From Octopus sinensis (Eukaryota), in the NCBI RefSeq assembly GCF_006345805.1, contig NC_042998.1:32488001-32552000 (forward strand): 64,000 nt of DNA, read 5' to 3'. Position numbers and translations under genes: made by a program. The notes under the pieces are model-generated. The model was not told the origin of the DNA and searched no databases. It worked only from the letters and a program-made list of their open reading frames with translations. Below, piece by piece: positions 49,169 to 61,888 of this stretch (the stretch's first letter is position 1; each line of letters begins with the position of its first letter).

Positions 49169-51736
49169 TCAGAAAAGTTTGAGGGCAGTGAGCTGGCAGA
49201 AACGTTAGCACACCGGGCGAAATGCTTAGCAGTATTTCGTCTGCCGCTACGTTCTGAGTTCAAATTCTGCCGAGGTCGACTTTGCCTTTCATCCTTTCGA
49301 GGTTGATTAAACAAGTACCAGTTACGCACTGGGGTCGATATAATCAACTTAATCCATTTGTCTGTCTTTGTTTGTCCCCTCTGTGTGTAGCCCCTTGTGG
49401 GCAGTAAAGAAATAAGAAATGTTTGAGACACTTGCTCTTGTGCTTATGTGTTTGCTGGTCTCCTGTTGTGGGAACCAACAGTAGTTATCCATCATATGTG
49501 GATTGAACTGGTCTTGATACCTCGTTTCCATCTCATATATGTCCTGATGGAACCTCTCACCATACCCATCACTAACGACACTGAGATTGTTGGAAAAAAA
49601 TCGAAATGAGAATGCAAGAAGTGCATTTTAAGGGACATTCAGCATCCCATTCTTTCATACGCTGTTGTTTATTAAATCAGCATAGTCTTCAACTCTATGA
49701 TTTCCAAGAAAGTTCTGTACAACTAACATGAATGAATCCTATACTGTCACCTCAACTGGATTCAGTTTACCTCTGAATTTGCTATCAGATATCAATTCTC
49801 TGATTCCGGATCCAATGAAAATACCTGCTTTCAGTTTTATGTCACTTTTCTCTGCACCAAATTTTACTTTTAGGTACTGGAAGCCACAACCTTCATGTGT
49901 CATTGCCTTTATGAAGTTTTTCATGAGGCCGAGTTTGATGTCAAGAGGTGGAAGAAAGATCTTTTATGGGTCTACCAGTGGCATAAGCCACACATTGTAC
50001 CGACAGGTGGAGGCGCAATGGCCCAGTGGTTAGGGCAGCGGACTCGCGGTCATAGGATCGCGGTTTCGATTCCCAGACCGGGCGTTGTGAGTGTTTATTG
50101 AGCAAAAACACCTAAAGCTCCACTAGGCTCTGGCAGGGGATGGTGGTGATCCCTGCTGTACTCTTTCACCACAACTTTCTCTCACTCTTACTTCCTGTTT
50201 CTGTTGTACCTGTATTTCAAAGGGCCGGCCTTGTCACTCTCTGTGTCACGCTGAATATCCCCGAGAACTACATTAAGGGTACACGTGTCTGTGGAGTGCT
50301 CAGCCACTTACACGTTAATTTCACAAGCAGGCTGTTCCGTTGATTCGGATCAACCGGAACCCTCATCGTCGTAACCGACAGAGTGCTTCCATTCCACATT
50401 GTACTGACCTACTATGCGCTCATCTCTTTTAGGCCAGGCTTTTACAGTGTAATGATTGCTTTCATCGCAGCTGTTCTAAACACACAAGAAGCACATATTT
50501 TTGGTATATCCCAGCTGCAGTCCTAAGAGGAGGAAAATCACCTTTAAATCACCACAAATATTCCACTTGTGAACTGAGTAATTAACTCCTTTCAGAAAGC
50601 GTTCCAATGATTCATAAGTTTCTTCCATATTTATTTCTTTATTACCCACAAGGGGCTAAACATAGAGGGGACAAACAAGGACAGACATAGGTATTAAGTC
50701 GATTACATCGACCCCAGTGCATAACTGGTACGTAATTTATCGACCCCGAAAGGATGAAAGGCAAAGTCGACCTCGGCGGAATTTGAACTCACAACATAAC
50801 GACAGGCAAAATACCGCTAAGCATTTTGCCTGGCATGCTAACGTTTCTGCCAGCTCGCCGCCCTTACTGTTTCTTCCATGCTGGCAACATGACCCTCAGG
50901 AATGGAAGGTTTTCCATTACCATTATGTGACAACACAGCTTTGACAAGGCTAACCTTACTCGAATCTGTAAACATTCTCCATTCATTAGCCGCATGCTTG
51001 TGTCCTAGTTTTTGCATGAGTGCATTAACATCAGTACAGAAACAAGTATTCTTTTCGTGCTTGAAAAAGACAGATAAGCCTTTATGGTGGGAATGGAAAA
51101 TGGAAATTTTCCTACCTTGCTGTATGAGATTCCATTGTTTTAGTCTGGATCACAAAACTTCTGCCCATTCCTTTGAGAATGCTGGGCCTATTGCTAAATT
51201 GTTTAAATCTTCTTGATTAAACTAACCTGGCTCATTTTTCTTAGAATTACCTATATACTCTTCACCAATAGGAGAGTCAGGGGGTTCATCATGTGATGTA
51301 TATCAAGATTTTCAAGTGAAGCATGTGAGAGGGGAACTGGGACAGGGTTCTTGAAGTCATGTGGGACCGGTTTTAGAGTTGACTTACAATCTGCATGCAC
51401 AATTTTTGTCTTGGTCTTCTTTGCAAAAATACTAATATTAGTCATGCAAAAGTAATAATCAGAGACATGATTGGCTGGCTCATGTCACACCATTGGTACA
51501 GCAAAAAGCATTCCCTTCCGTTTTCCATTCAGTCACTGTGTAGGCCTTGAGTAATACATGGTGCAGCATATATGAGGTGCTCACCTCTTGCCTTGATCCC
51601 CAACTTTACACCTGAAATAATATTCATAGACAATTTTTAATTTGGTGCAAATGTTCCTTCGCTGGTCATGCAGAGCAAATTTTCCACAGACATAACAAAA
51701 GTTGTCTGGGTGATTCACACAACCTCTCCTATTCAT
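49169..51736 (-). pseudogene. Chapaev3-type transposase pseudogene
   Basis: MNRRGCVNHPDNFCYVCG..APHICC..EPANHVSDYYFC; EWRMFTDSSK; WNICGDLKV..GYTKNMCFLC; LPPLDIKLGLMKNFIKA; MSLKMHFLHSHFDFF; GERFHQDI; MMDNYCW. Interrupted by SINEs at 49184-49415, 50006-50394 and 50630-50862. Confidence 0.88.
50006..50394 (+). mobile_element. Complete family A SINE with second tail type
   Basis: GGAGGCGCAATGGCCCAGTGGTTAGG head. TSD CACATTGTAC(C/T)GAC at 49991 and 50395. Confidence 0.9.
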
Positions 51737-54189
51737 GATCTAACACAATGAACACAGTTAAAACAGAAATCACACAGAGTGAGAGATACACATGACACAC
51801 GTGACGGCAGTGCAAATGACACTGAGAGGTGCAGGAGTGGTTGTGTGGTAAGTAGCTTGCTTCCCAACCACATGGTTCCGGGTTCAGTCCCACTGCGTGG
51901 CACTTTGGGCAAGTGTCTTCTACTATAGCCTTGGGCTGACCAAAGCCTTATGAGTGGATTTGGTAGACAGAAACTGAAAGAAGCCCATCGTATATATATA
52001 TGTGAAGGCATATGGCTCAGTGGTTAGAGCGTCGAGCTTATGATCATGAGGTTGTGAGTTCGGTTCCCAGATCAGGCTGTGTGTTGTGTTCTTGAGCAAG
52101 ACACTTTATTTCCCATTGCTCCAGTTAACTCAGCTGCAGAAATGAGTTGCAACATCCCTGGTGCCAAAGGGAGGCTGGTGTGCATGGGCGACTGCCGGCC
52201 TTCCATAAACAACCTTGCCTGGACTTGTACCTTGGAGGGTAACTTTCTAGGTGCAATCCCATGGTCATTCATATGTATATATATGTATATATATGTATGT
52301 ATGTGCTTGTTGTTTGCATCTGTGTTTGTCCCCACCACCATCGCTTGACACCCGATGTTTACAACCTCAATACCTAGCGGTTCGGCTAAACGAGACCGAT
52401 AGAATAAGTACTAGGCTTACAAAGAATAAGTCCTGGGGTTGATTTATTTGACTAAAGGTGGTGCTCCAGCATGGCCACAATCAAATAACTGAAACAAGTA
52501 AAAGGGTAAAAAAAAAAAGCAAAGAGAGTTACCAAGAACAAACTGACATAATTGACATTCCACACAATATGACAGCGCCATCTATTGCTAAACTAAATAA
52601 TGAACTTTCTCATCGTTTGTTTTATTGCTGTTATTTCTTTAATTGTGAATTAAGACTCCTTTCATTTTAGCAAATTTTATAATACGGCCTATGTCCAGCC
52701 GAAAGTATAGTTGTAATCTTGCACATGTAGGCACAGGAGTGGCTGTGTGGTAAGTAGCTTGCTAACCAACCACATGGTTCCGGGTTCAGTCCCACTGCGT
52801 GGCATCTTGGGCAAGTGTCTTCTGCTATAGCCCCGGGCCGACTAATGCCTTGTGAGTGGATTTGGTAGACGGAAACTGAAAGAAGCTTGTCGTATATATG
52901 TATATATATATATGTATGTGTGAGTGTGTTTGTGTTTGTCCCTCTAGCATTGCTTGACAACCGATGCTGGTGTGTTTACGTCCCTGTCACTTAGCAGTTC
53001 GGCAAAAGAGACTGATAGAATAAGTACTGGACTTACAAAGAATAAGTCCCGGGGTCGATTTGCTCGACTAAAGGCGGTGCTCCAGCATGGCCACAGTTAA
53101 ATGACTGAAACAAGTAAAAGAGTAAAAGAGAGAGTATGTGCATAACTCAAAATCCTGATGTGCTAGAAACAATTCTGGGAGCAGATTCGGAATCAGCATC
53201 CCTGATTTAGTCTAAAACACCTGCTTTTACCCCAGTAGCAAAATCTTTGTTGTCTAGTGATATAGTTCTGCAAAGAAGTGGTAATGGCTACAAGGATATA
53301 TTTTATTTTTTACTTGTTTTAATTATTAGATTGTGGCCATGCTGGGGCATCACCTTGGAGAATTTTTAGTTTAATGAATTGAACCCAGTACTTCATTTTT
53401 TTTTCCTTCTTTAAGCCTGGTACTTATTCAATCTGTTTTGCCAAACTACCGAGTTATCAGGGTGTAAACACACCGACACCAGCTGTCAAATGGTGGGAGG
53501 GGGTGGCAAACACAGACACACCTACATCATCATCATCATCGTTTAATGTCTGTTTTCCATGCTGGCATGGGTTGGACGCTTTAACTGAGGTCTGGTGAAG
53601 CAGATGTCTGCATCAGACTCCAATCTGATGTGGCAATGTTTCTACAGTTTGATGCCCTTCCTAACACCAACCACTCCGAGAGTATAGTGGATGCTTTTTA
53701 CTTGCCACTGGCACAGGAGTCAGTCAAGCAGCCTGACATTGATCACGTTCGGATAGCGCTTTTTATGTGCCACCAGCACGGGAGCCAGTCAGGGGGCACT
53801 GGCATTGGCCATGTTCAGATGGTGCTTTTTACATGCCACTGGCATGGGAGCCAGTCAGGAGGAACTAGCCATAGCTACGATTTTGGTTTTACTTGATTCA
53901 ATACATATATATATAAATATATATGAAGGGCTTCTTTCAGTTTCTATCTACCAAATCTACTCACAAGGCTTTGATTGGCTCATGGCTATAGTCAAAGCCC
54001 TATTATCTGAGTTAAGAAGTTAAGTGACTCGGAATCATCACAACAAGAACTTATAGTACACTACTGACCACTTCTGCATATTGCAGCTATACGACTAATG
54101 TTCCTGAAGCTGCTAATGCACAATTCCGCTGTTGCTGATACCATTTCTACATGGAATCCTATTGCTGCTGCTTGTTTGTTTGTTTGTAT

Positions 54190-54630
54190 GTTGAGCGAAG
54201 CGGTCTTCATCCCAGAGCTCACAAGATTGCGCCTCGGTAGTGGGAGAAGTCCGAAACATGGTCCTTTGCTATTCGTAAGACCCGCAGAAGAGAAAGCAGG
54301 TCAACCCCCGACACCGAGAGCATCAACGGATGGATGAATGCACATCCAGGCTCAGCAGTCAACCCCCGACACCGAGAGCATCGACGGATGGATGAATGCG
54401 CATCCAGGTTCAGCAGTTGCGTAGGAAGTCGGGGACAAGAAACAGGAAGAAAGAATGAGAGAAAGTTGGAGGGAAAGAGTACAACAGGGGTCGCCACCAT
54501 CCCCTGCTGGAACCTCGTGGAGCTTTGGGTGTTTTCGCTCAATAAACACACACAACGCCCGGTTTGGGAATTGAAACCGCGATCCTCTGACCGCAAGTCC
54601 ACTGCCCTAACCACTGGGCTATTGCACCTC
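54190..54630 (-). mobile_element. Family A SINE with a third tail type and an internal 58-bp tandem duplication
   Basis: Head at about 54630, (CAAA)n tail near 54170-54190, duplication at 54300-54357 and 54358-54415. Confidence 0.8.
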
Positions 54631-54864
54631 CTGCTGCTGCTGGAAATGTTTACTTTTCTCGTTCCATTATACTCGCTGCTGCAGCCTGTAATCCTGTTCT
54701 TAATGTCATAACTCACAATCCATGGTGAAAGTGTTGACGGTTGATGAGGTTGATCGTCGAGAAGAAGGTGTCGGTAATGGCAGCAATGGAGAAATAATGG
54801 TGATCTTTGGAATATTCCAAGAAGCACAGCCAAAAGAGTACATAGATTGATTGGAAGGGATATG

Positions 54865-54869
54865 GAGGA

Positions 54870-54904
<35 letters not shown>

Positions 54905-55225
54905 AGAAGAAGGAGGAGGAGAAGGAGAAGAAGATGATGAAGAAGGAGGAGGTGGAGGAGGAGAAGGAGAAGAAGAAGAAGAAGAAGAAGAAGAAGGAGG
55001 ATGGGAGGAGGGGGAGGAGGGGAGGAGGAGAAGGAGAAGAAGATGATGAAGGAGGAGGAGGAGGAGAAAAAGAAGATGAAGAAGGAGGAGGAGGAGGAGG
55101 AGGAGAAGGAGGAGAAGAAGAAGAAGAAGAAGAAGAAGAAGAAGAAGAAGAAGAAGATGATGAAGAAGAAGTAGGAGGAGGAGGAGAAAAAGAAGAAGAA
55201 GAAGAAGAAGAAGAAGAAGAAGAGT
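54865..55225. repeat. Polypurine (GAA/GGA)n tract
   Basis: Direct. Confidence 0.95.
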
Positions 55226-55670
55226 TTGAACATCATTAATTTTACAGTAGAAATAAATTGAGCTTTAGAAGTACAAAAGATCCATTTCATTAAGTAACCG
55301 TTATCTAAAATAGCAAAGATTTTTATGATCCTTCAATCTAATTTTAGATTACCATTTTTTTTTGCCACTTATTCGCATTTTATGCAAAAAAATTCTTCAT
55401 TATGAACAACTAAATTGGATCTTCTATTTAGCTTCTAAACAGCCTTGTCACATATTTCAAAGAATTTTGTGAATATCAAAGCTGAAGTTAAATACCTGAA
55501 CACACACACATATACATATATACACTACAGTGTATACTTATATATATATCATTTTATACACCGGTTACATCATGGAAGTGCCATTCCAACCATCTAATGG
55601 ACATAAAATTTGTTAAAATTATTAATTTCTTGAGGTATCAAAATGTACTGTGTGTGTGTGTGTGTGTGTG

Positions 55671-55704
<34 letters not shown>

Positions 55705-57389
55705 ATATACACACATGCATATATCATCATCATTGATCTAACATCCAGTTTTCCATGCTTGCATGGGTCGGATAGAATTTGTTGTGTAGATATATGATAT
55801 ATATATATGATAGCTATATATATAAATATATATATGGATATATATATATATAAATATATATAGATGGATAGATAGATAAATAGATATATATATCAATATA
55901 TATATATATGTATATGTGTGTGTGTATGTATGTATATATATATATAGATATATTTTTTACCTTCGATATATGATATATGATAAGGTCACTGATTGGCTCC
56001 TGTGTTGGTGGCACATAAAAAGCACCATTTGTATGTGATCGTTACCAGTGTCGCCTTACTGGCACATGAAAATACAGCATTCGAGCGTGGTCGTTGCCAT
56101 TGCCACTGGACTGGCTCCCATGCAGGTAGCACGTAAAAAAACCCTTTTGAGCGTGGTCATTGCCAGAAATATCTGGCTGGCCCTCATGCCAGTGGTATGT
56201 AAAGACACCCACTACACTCTCGGATGGTTGGCGTTAGGAAGGGCATCCAGCTGTAGAAACACTGCCAGATCAGATTGGAGCCTGGTGCAGCCTTCTGGCT
56301 TGCCAGTACTCAGTCAAACTGTCCAACCCATGCCAGCATGGAAAACGGACGTTAAACGACGACGAGGCTGATGATGATATATATTGTTTAGCCTTGATAA
56401 CGAGAAAAGAATTAAAAACAACCGTTAACAGATATGAATGTATAAACACCCTCGAGCAAGCTGCATGGCCTCAGTACTTTACCAGTAAGCTACCAGGTGT
56501 AAACCATTTGTTTTATTATCCATATTATATACTTTCAGTAAACTGTTATCTCCCAGCCATTATCTCATTGATATTTCTTGATATTTTAAAAATACTTTTA
56601 GTTTTGGCTGGGATGTTGTGTTTTTTCCCTTTCATGCGAACAGTTAAATTTAGCCTGAACACCCTGTGTATCTATGTGTCCAAACACCTTGTACAGTAAA
56701 TCTATATGTCTATCTATCTATCATTCTATCTATCTATCTGAGGAATTACAACTGTGTTTTGTGGTCTGCTACCACAACAGCTCCTTTATAGGATCCAGTT
56801 AGCTCAAGACATCATCAGGAGAAACCATGTCCGGTTTCCGCCCCTACTTCTCTACCGTTTTCACGTGGCGGGGCTCCCTCCCCTTTCAGAGGTGTCTTCA
56901 GCTCTGGTATTGGGTGCATGTCTTCTTTCTTCTTCTTTCTTCTGTTCCCTGGCCTCTTTGATATAGCGTCGACGAGTGTCAGCCAGCGACTGATTGATTT
57001 GTCAAATTTTTCCCTTTGAATACTGCTGCTAGGTTCCAGCAGTCAGCCCCAGCAAGTTGTCACATGACACTGTCTCAACTTTAACTGACTGATGAAGGCG
57101 CGTAGTCTTAGCCCATGCATTCTCTAAACAACCGTCACCTGTCAGTCAGCGAAGCTAATTCAGTGTCAGCTTGTCTCACCTAGTGATGTTATTTCCCACT
57201 AGCATGTTAACAAGCTATCTGTCTATCTATCTATCTATCTGTGTGCATGCATGGTGTATGTAGGTACAAGCAAGAGGTTGAAAACATTATTCAGTGATGA
57301 GAAACAAAAGTTGTTTATCATTAACTTGTGCCTCCCATCTAGTTATGAGAATTTCACTGTCCTAATCTTCCGTCTGAATATGAAATGTC

Positions 57390-57422
<33 letters not shown>

Positions 57423-57426
57423 ATAT

Positions 57427-57482
<56 letters not shown>

Positions 57483-57750
57483 TTGAGAGAGAGGGAGAAA
57501 TGGAGAAAGCTAATTTCTTAGATATTATCTAATTTTCAGAAGCCAATAAATATTTACTATTTAGAAACCAAATTAATATGCTCTAGGAAATATATATTGT
57601 TTAAAACGTCTGTCTGCCACTCCAAATGATTTGGTGAAAAACATTTGTATATAGGTTCGTAGTCTTTCATCTGCTATATCTTCCTTCAGAAAAGTGGCCC
57701 CATATTATAAAGAAGCAGTGATTTTCAGGATATAATTAATTGCATTAAAG

Positions 57751-57937
57751 TAAAGATTATTTGCCAACATAATGTGGCAGTCTTGGTTGGGACGAATGTT
57801 ACTGTTATTTAGCCCCAGGAAACATCGTCTCCTGCTGGGTATACAACAAGCTGTGTCCTTTATTTTCGAACAGGGAAGTTTAGCATCCCCACTCGGCATT
57901 AAAGCAAGCTCCCTTGTTTGAAAATATAAGGACACAG
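57751..57937 (-). mobile_element. Short foldback copy of the hammerhead family
   Basis: TAAAGATTATTTGCCAACAT arm extends to about 57897, followed by an inverted piece at 57910-57937. Confidence 0.65.
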
Positions 57938-59777
57938 AAAACAGCAATGCTTGGAACCGCTCAAATACTCCGGAAGGTGCTCAAAAAATAAGGGGTGCTA
58001 CCTTAGTTCTCTGGTAGTGAGCAGCTGACACCGTGGTACATCTCCAGTGTTAGAAGTTGTGCAAAGGTAATGATAATAATGATGATGATGATAAGTGTGA
58101 GATACAGAAAAAGAGAAAACAACATTATTCAACTTAATGCTTCATTCTCTCTTAATGTACTCGTAAGTACTGCCAAATATTTTATTATTTTTCTTTTTTA
58201 GATTATGACAGTAACCGTTTCTGATGAAACACATAAATAATATGTTAGTTTCTTTTTATATATATAAAAAAGAATTTAAATTAAGTTTCAGAAGTAAACA
58301 TAATTTGGTTATAGAAACAGTGAATATTACGAGAAAGAAAAATCTTTGTGGAATTGTTTTAACCTTGTAAATGGCTTCCCTTAAGTAGTTTTTGCTTTGA
58401 AACCCGTTACTTTATTGTTTGAAAATATATGCAGTTAATGATGCCTTCAAAACTCCTCTAATTTAAGATACTATCAACGTAAATGTGTGGCCAAGTGGTA
58501 AGGGTGTTGTACTCATGATTGTTGGATTGTGGTTTCAATTCCCTGACTGAGCAAAATAACTTCATTTTATGTTGCTCCTTCTACCCAGCTATAAATGGAT
58601 AACCCTGTGGTGGCCTAACTTTCCAGTCGGAGGCAATGTTGGCCTGCTCACTCAGCCAGCAAGGAAGCATCATTTGTAAGCTAAAATGATGCAAAATGCA
58701 TTGTGGCCAATGATGTATATCGTCCAATAGTCTGGTTGATCACGTGATCACATGGTCAGCATAAATGTAGCCACACAAGGGTCTTGATTTGTATGCAAAA
58801 CTCTTTGTCAGCTGATTGACATACTTCGGTAGACTACACGAGGTGGTATCAAAGAGTTCCTGGACTAGTTATTATCATCATCATCATCACCGTTGTTTAA
58901 CGTCTGCTTTCCTTGCTGGCATAGGTTGGGCGGTTTGACTGGGGACTGGCAAGCCAGTAGGCTGCGCCAGGCTCCAATCTGATTTGGCAAGGTTTCTACA
59001 GCTGGATGCCCTTCCTAATGCCAACCACTCTGAAAGTGTAGTGGGTGCTTTTTACGTGCCACTGGCATGGGAACCAGTCAGGTGGCATTACCATTGACCA
59101 TGTTCAGATGGTGCTTGTTATGTGCCACCAGCACAGGAGCCAACTGGCCATAGACTAGCATCAACCATACTTGGATGGTGTATTTTTATGTGCCACCGGC
59201 ACAGGCAGCCAGTCAGGTGGCACTGGCATTGACACATGCTTGAATGTTCCTTATTACATGCCACCAGCACAGGTGCCAGTCAGGCTGCACTGGCACTGAC
59301 GACAACTACAATTTCCATTTTGATTTCGATCTTGATTTATGTTTAATAAAAAACAACTTATTCCGTTTTCCCTGCTGGGACTAGTTTAATGGTTTGACTG
59401 GATCTGGTAAGACCAGGAGCCTCACCAGGTTTCTATTGCCTGTTTTGGAAAATTTTCTAAGGATGCCCTTCTTAATGCCAACCCCTTTACAGAGTGTACT
59501 GGGTGCTTTTTACATAGCACCAGTGTTTAAAGCCATCATGATGATTGGTTGTTTGAAGGGCAATATCTTCATTCTTCATCTTCTCCTCATCAAACATGTT
59601 ATTTCAGTCCAATCAACTTTCACCTGAAATTTCCAGCATCTTTTTCTTTGACCATTAACATATCTCAAAGACGGTCCATCAGAGATGCTGGAATTGAACT
59701 GAAAAGTCCATTTCCATAGAACTAGTAAGGAAAGCATACGCCAGCTCCATGCTACATTATTACATGTTGGTCTAGGC

Positions 59778-60615
59778 CAGTGTTTCCCAATGTGGAGCAT
59801 GGAAAAATTTGGGTGGGGTTGCATGAATGCAGGCTGTGAAAATTTTTGCAAGTGACTTGAGCGCACATTTGTCAACCTTAAGCCTATCTTTGGACATTGA
59901 AATAGAAAAAACAAATATCACCAAGCAATATCTATACTTAACCCTTTAGCATTTAATCTGGCCATATCTGGTCCAAATATTCTATCTGTTTTATGTTAAA
60001 ACAGACCAAATCCAACCTCTCACACCTAACCCACAATGTCATTCTAAAAATATACAAACATACTATTGAAATCTTGAAGCTACAAGATGTGTGATTAATT
60101 CAAACCAATATGAATAAATAAGCATTGCATTTGACATAGTAATCTGAATGCTTAAAGGGTTAAATCATGGGAATTGATGTAGCTACAACCAATCAGAGTA
60201 CCAAGTGAGGCATCGGCATCTGTTAGGCATTTGTTTCTCTGTTTCAATATCTGTTGTCCAAGAGAATTATTGATTCATTTTCCTTCATCTTATTTGGTCA
60301 AATGTGGATTCAGTGCAGTTGACAATTTGCTGGAAGCAAAAAGAAACCGGCTTGAACTTACAAAACGTAGCGATTTACAGCTGAAGTTAATGAAATCATC
60401 TCCTCAGATCAAGGGTATTTGCCATATGCACCAGGCACAAGGTTCTCACTAAATGAGTTGAGGTATCCTTCAGCCAGGTAACTGAATTAAAAATCGTTTT
60501 TCTACATAAAAACATTGTTGATGAGCACCAGATTTTTTTGTTATTAAAAAGTGAGACATTAGGAAATCTATTATTAAAAAATTGGGGCACCGGAAAAATA
60601 GGTTGGAAAACGTTG
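59778..60615 (+). mobile_element. Internally deleted hAT (Charlie/Buster-type) element
   Basis: TIR CAGTGTTTCCCAA / TTGGAAAACGTTG; TSD GTCTAGGC / GTCCAGGC; transposase C-terminus FPSSYLVKCGFSAV..KRNRLE..DLQLKL..HQAQGSH* at 60250-60452. Confidence 0.85.
59938..60163. mobile_element. piggyBac-like MITE nested in the hAT element
   Basis: TTAA-CCCTTT...AAAGGG-TTAA; homolog of 42308-42534. Confidence 0.8.
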
Positions 60616-61086
60616 GTCCAGGCAGACACTGTTTTCATTGGAACACAAATCCACTATCAAGAAACATGACTTCCTCTAAAATTCTTGCTGAATAAATATA
60701 CATTTCTGTTAGAATTGTTTCTATTTCATGTGTTGCATATCAAATTATAATGACAAGAAAATATATAAAATACATCCTAAAGACAATATCTTTCTAAGTC
60801 AAAAGAATTTAAATCATCAGTAAATCTCAAATGCTTTATGCAGCATAGAAACTTGGGAAAAATTCACCTTTAGACATGTATTTGCATTACAATAAAAATA
60901 TATGCAAATATAATTACATCTAAAAAGCACAACAAAAATTTACTATGAATAATATAAATTTGCACAAAATACATGTGTGGTTGCGTGTGTATATATATAT
61001 ATATATATATACATACATAGGTATGTATATATATATATGTTTGTGTGTGTATGTATGTAGAAATAGATGTATGTATGTATGAACAA

Positions 61087-61334
61087 GGCGGCGAGCTGGC
61101 AGAAATGTTAGAATGTAACGGCAGATGAAATACCTATCTATTTCTTTACTGCCCACAAGGGGCTAAACACAGAGAGGACAAACAAGGACAGACAAACGGA
61201 TTAAGTCGATTATATCGACCCCAGTGCGTAACTGGTACTTATTTAATCGACCCCGAAAGGATGAAAGGCAAAGTCGACCTCGGCGGAATTTGAACTCACA
61301 ATGTTGCGACAGATGAAATACCACTAAGCATTTC
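61087..61334. mobile_element. Family C SINE with an internal inversion
   Basis: Head on + (61087-61111), remainder on - (61112-61334). Confidence 0.7.
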
Positions 61335-61389
61335 ACTCCATCTATTATCCTTACCACGTCACTTTAATCAAGTTATGTTGTAAAATGTC

Positions 61390-61606
61390 AATCATCATCA
61401 TCATCATCAATCATCATCATCATCATCATTATCATCATCAACATCAATCATCCTCATCATCATCAATCATCATTAATCACCATAATCATCATCATCATTA
61501 ATCATCATAATCATCATCATCATTAATCATCATAATCATCATCATCATTAATCATCATCATCAACATCAATCATCCTCCTCATCATCATCAATCATCATC
61601 ATCATT
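61390..61606. repeat. (CAT)n degenerate microsatellite
   Basis: Direct. Confidence 0.9.
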
Positions 61607-61857
61607 GTTTTAATGTCCATTTTTCTATGCTTGTATAGATTCAGTGATAGAATGTTTTTGAAGCAGATTTTCTTCTACAGCCCTATGCTTTTCTTGTCAT
61701 CACCGACCTCTCACTGATTCTGAGCCTGGTAATATTTCCCCATGACCAAATATTGTCAGGGAAGATGAAATGGAGGACACCACATGCATGTCGGTGACAT
61801 TCGTTCACGACTACCACATGAAGTCAAGGCAAGGAGACAGTAATACACAACTACATA

Positions 61858-61888
<31 letters not shown>

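Larger units (their letters stand above)
48864..53259 (-). mobile_element. Full-length decayed Chapaev3-type DNA transposon with nested SINEs
   Basis: About 130-bp diverged TIRs (48864-48994 and 53135-53259) with a CAC-type terminus enclose a complete transposase pseudogene. The superfamily name comes from my recall of the motifs. Confidence 0.8.

Noticed and set aside
54235-54270. GGA(GAAG)TCC-GAAAC-ATG-GTC hammerhead-like 3' half
   Set aside because: No CUGANGA upstream, and it is antisense to the SINE.
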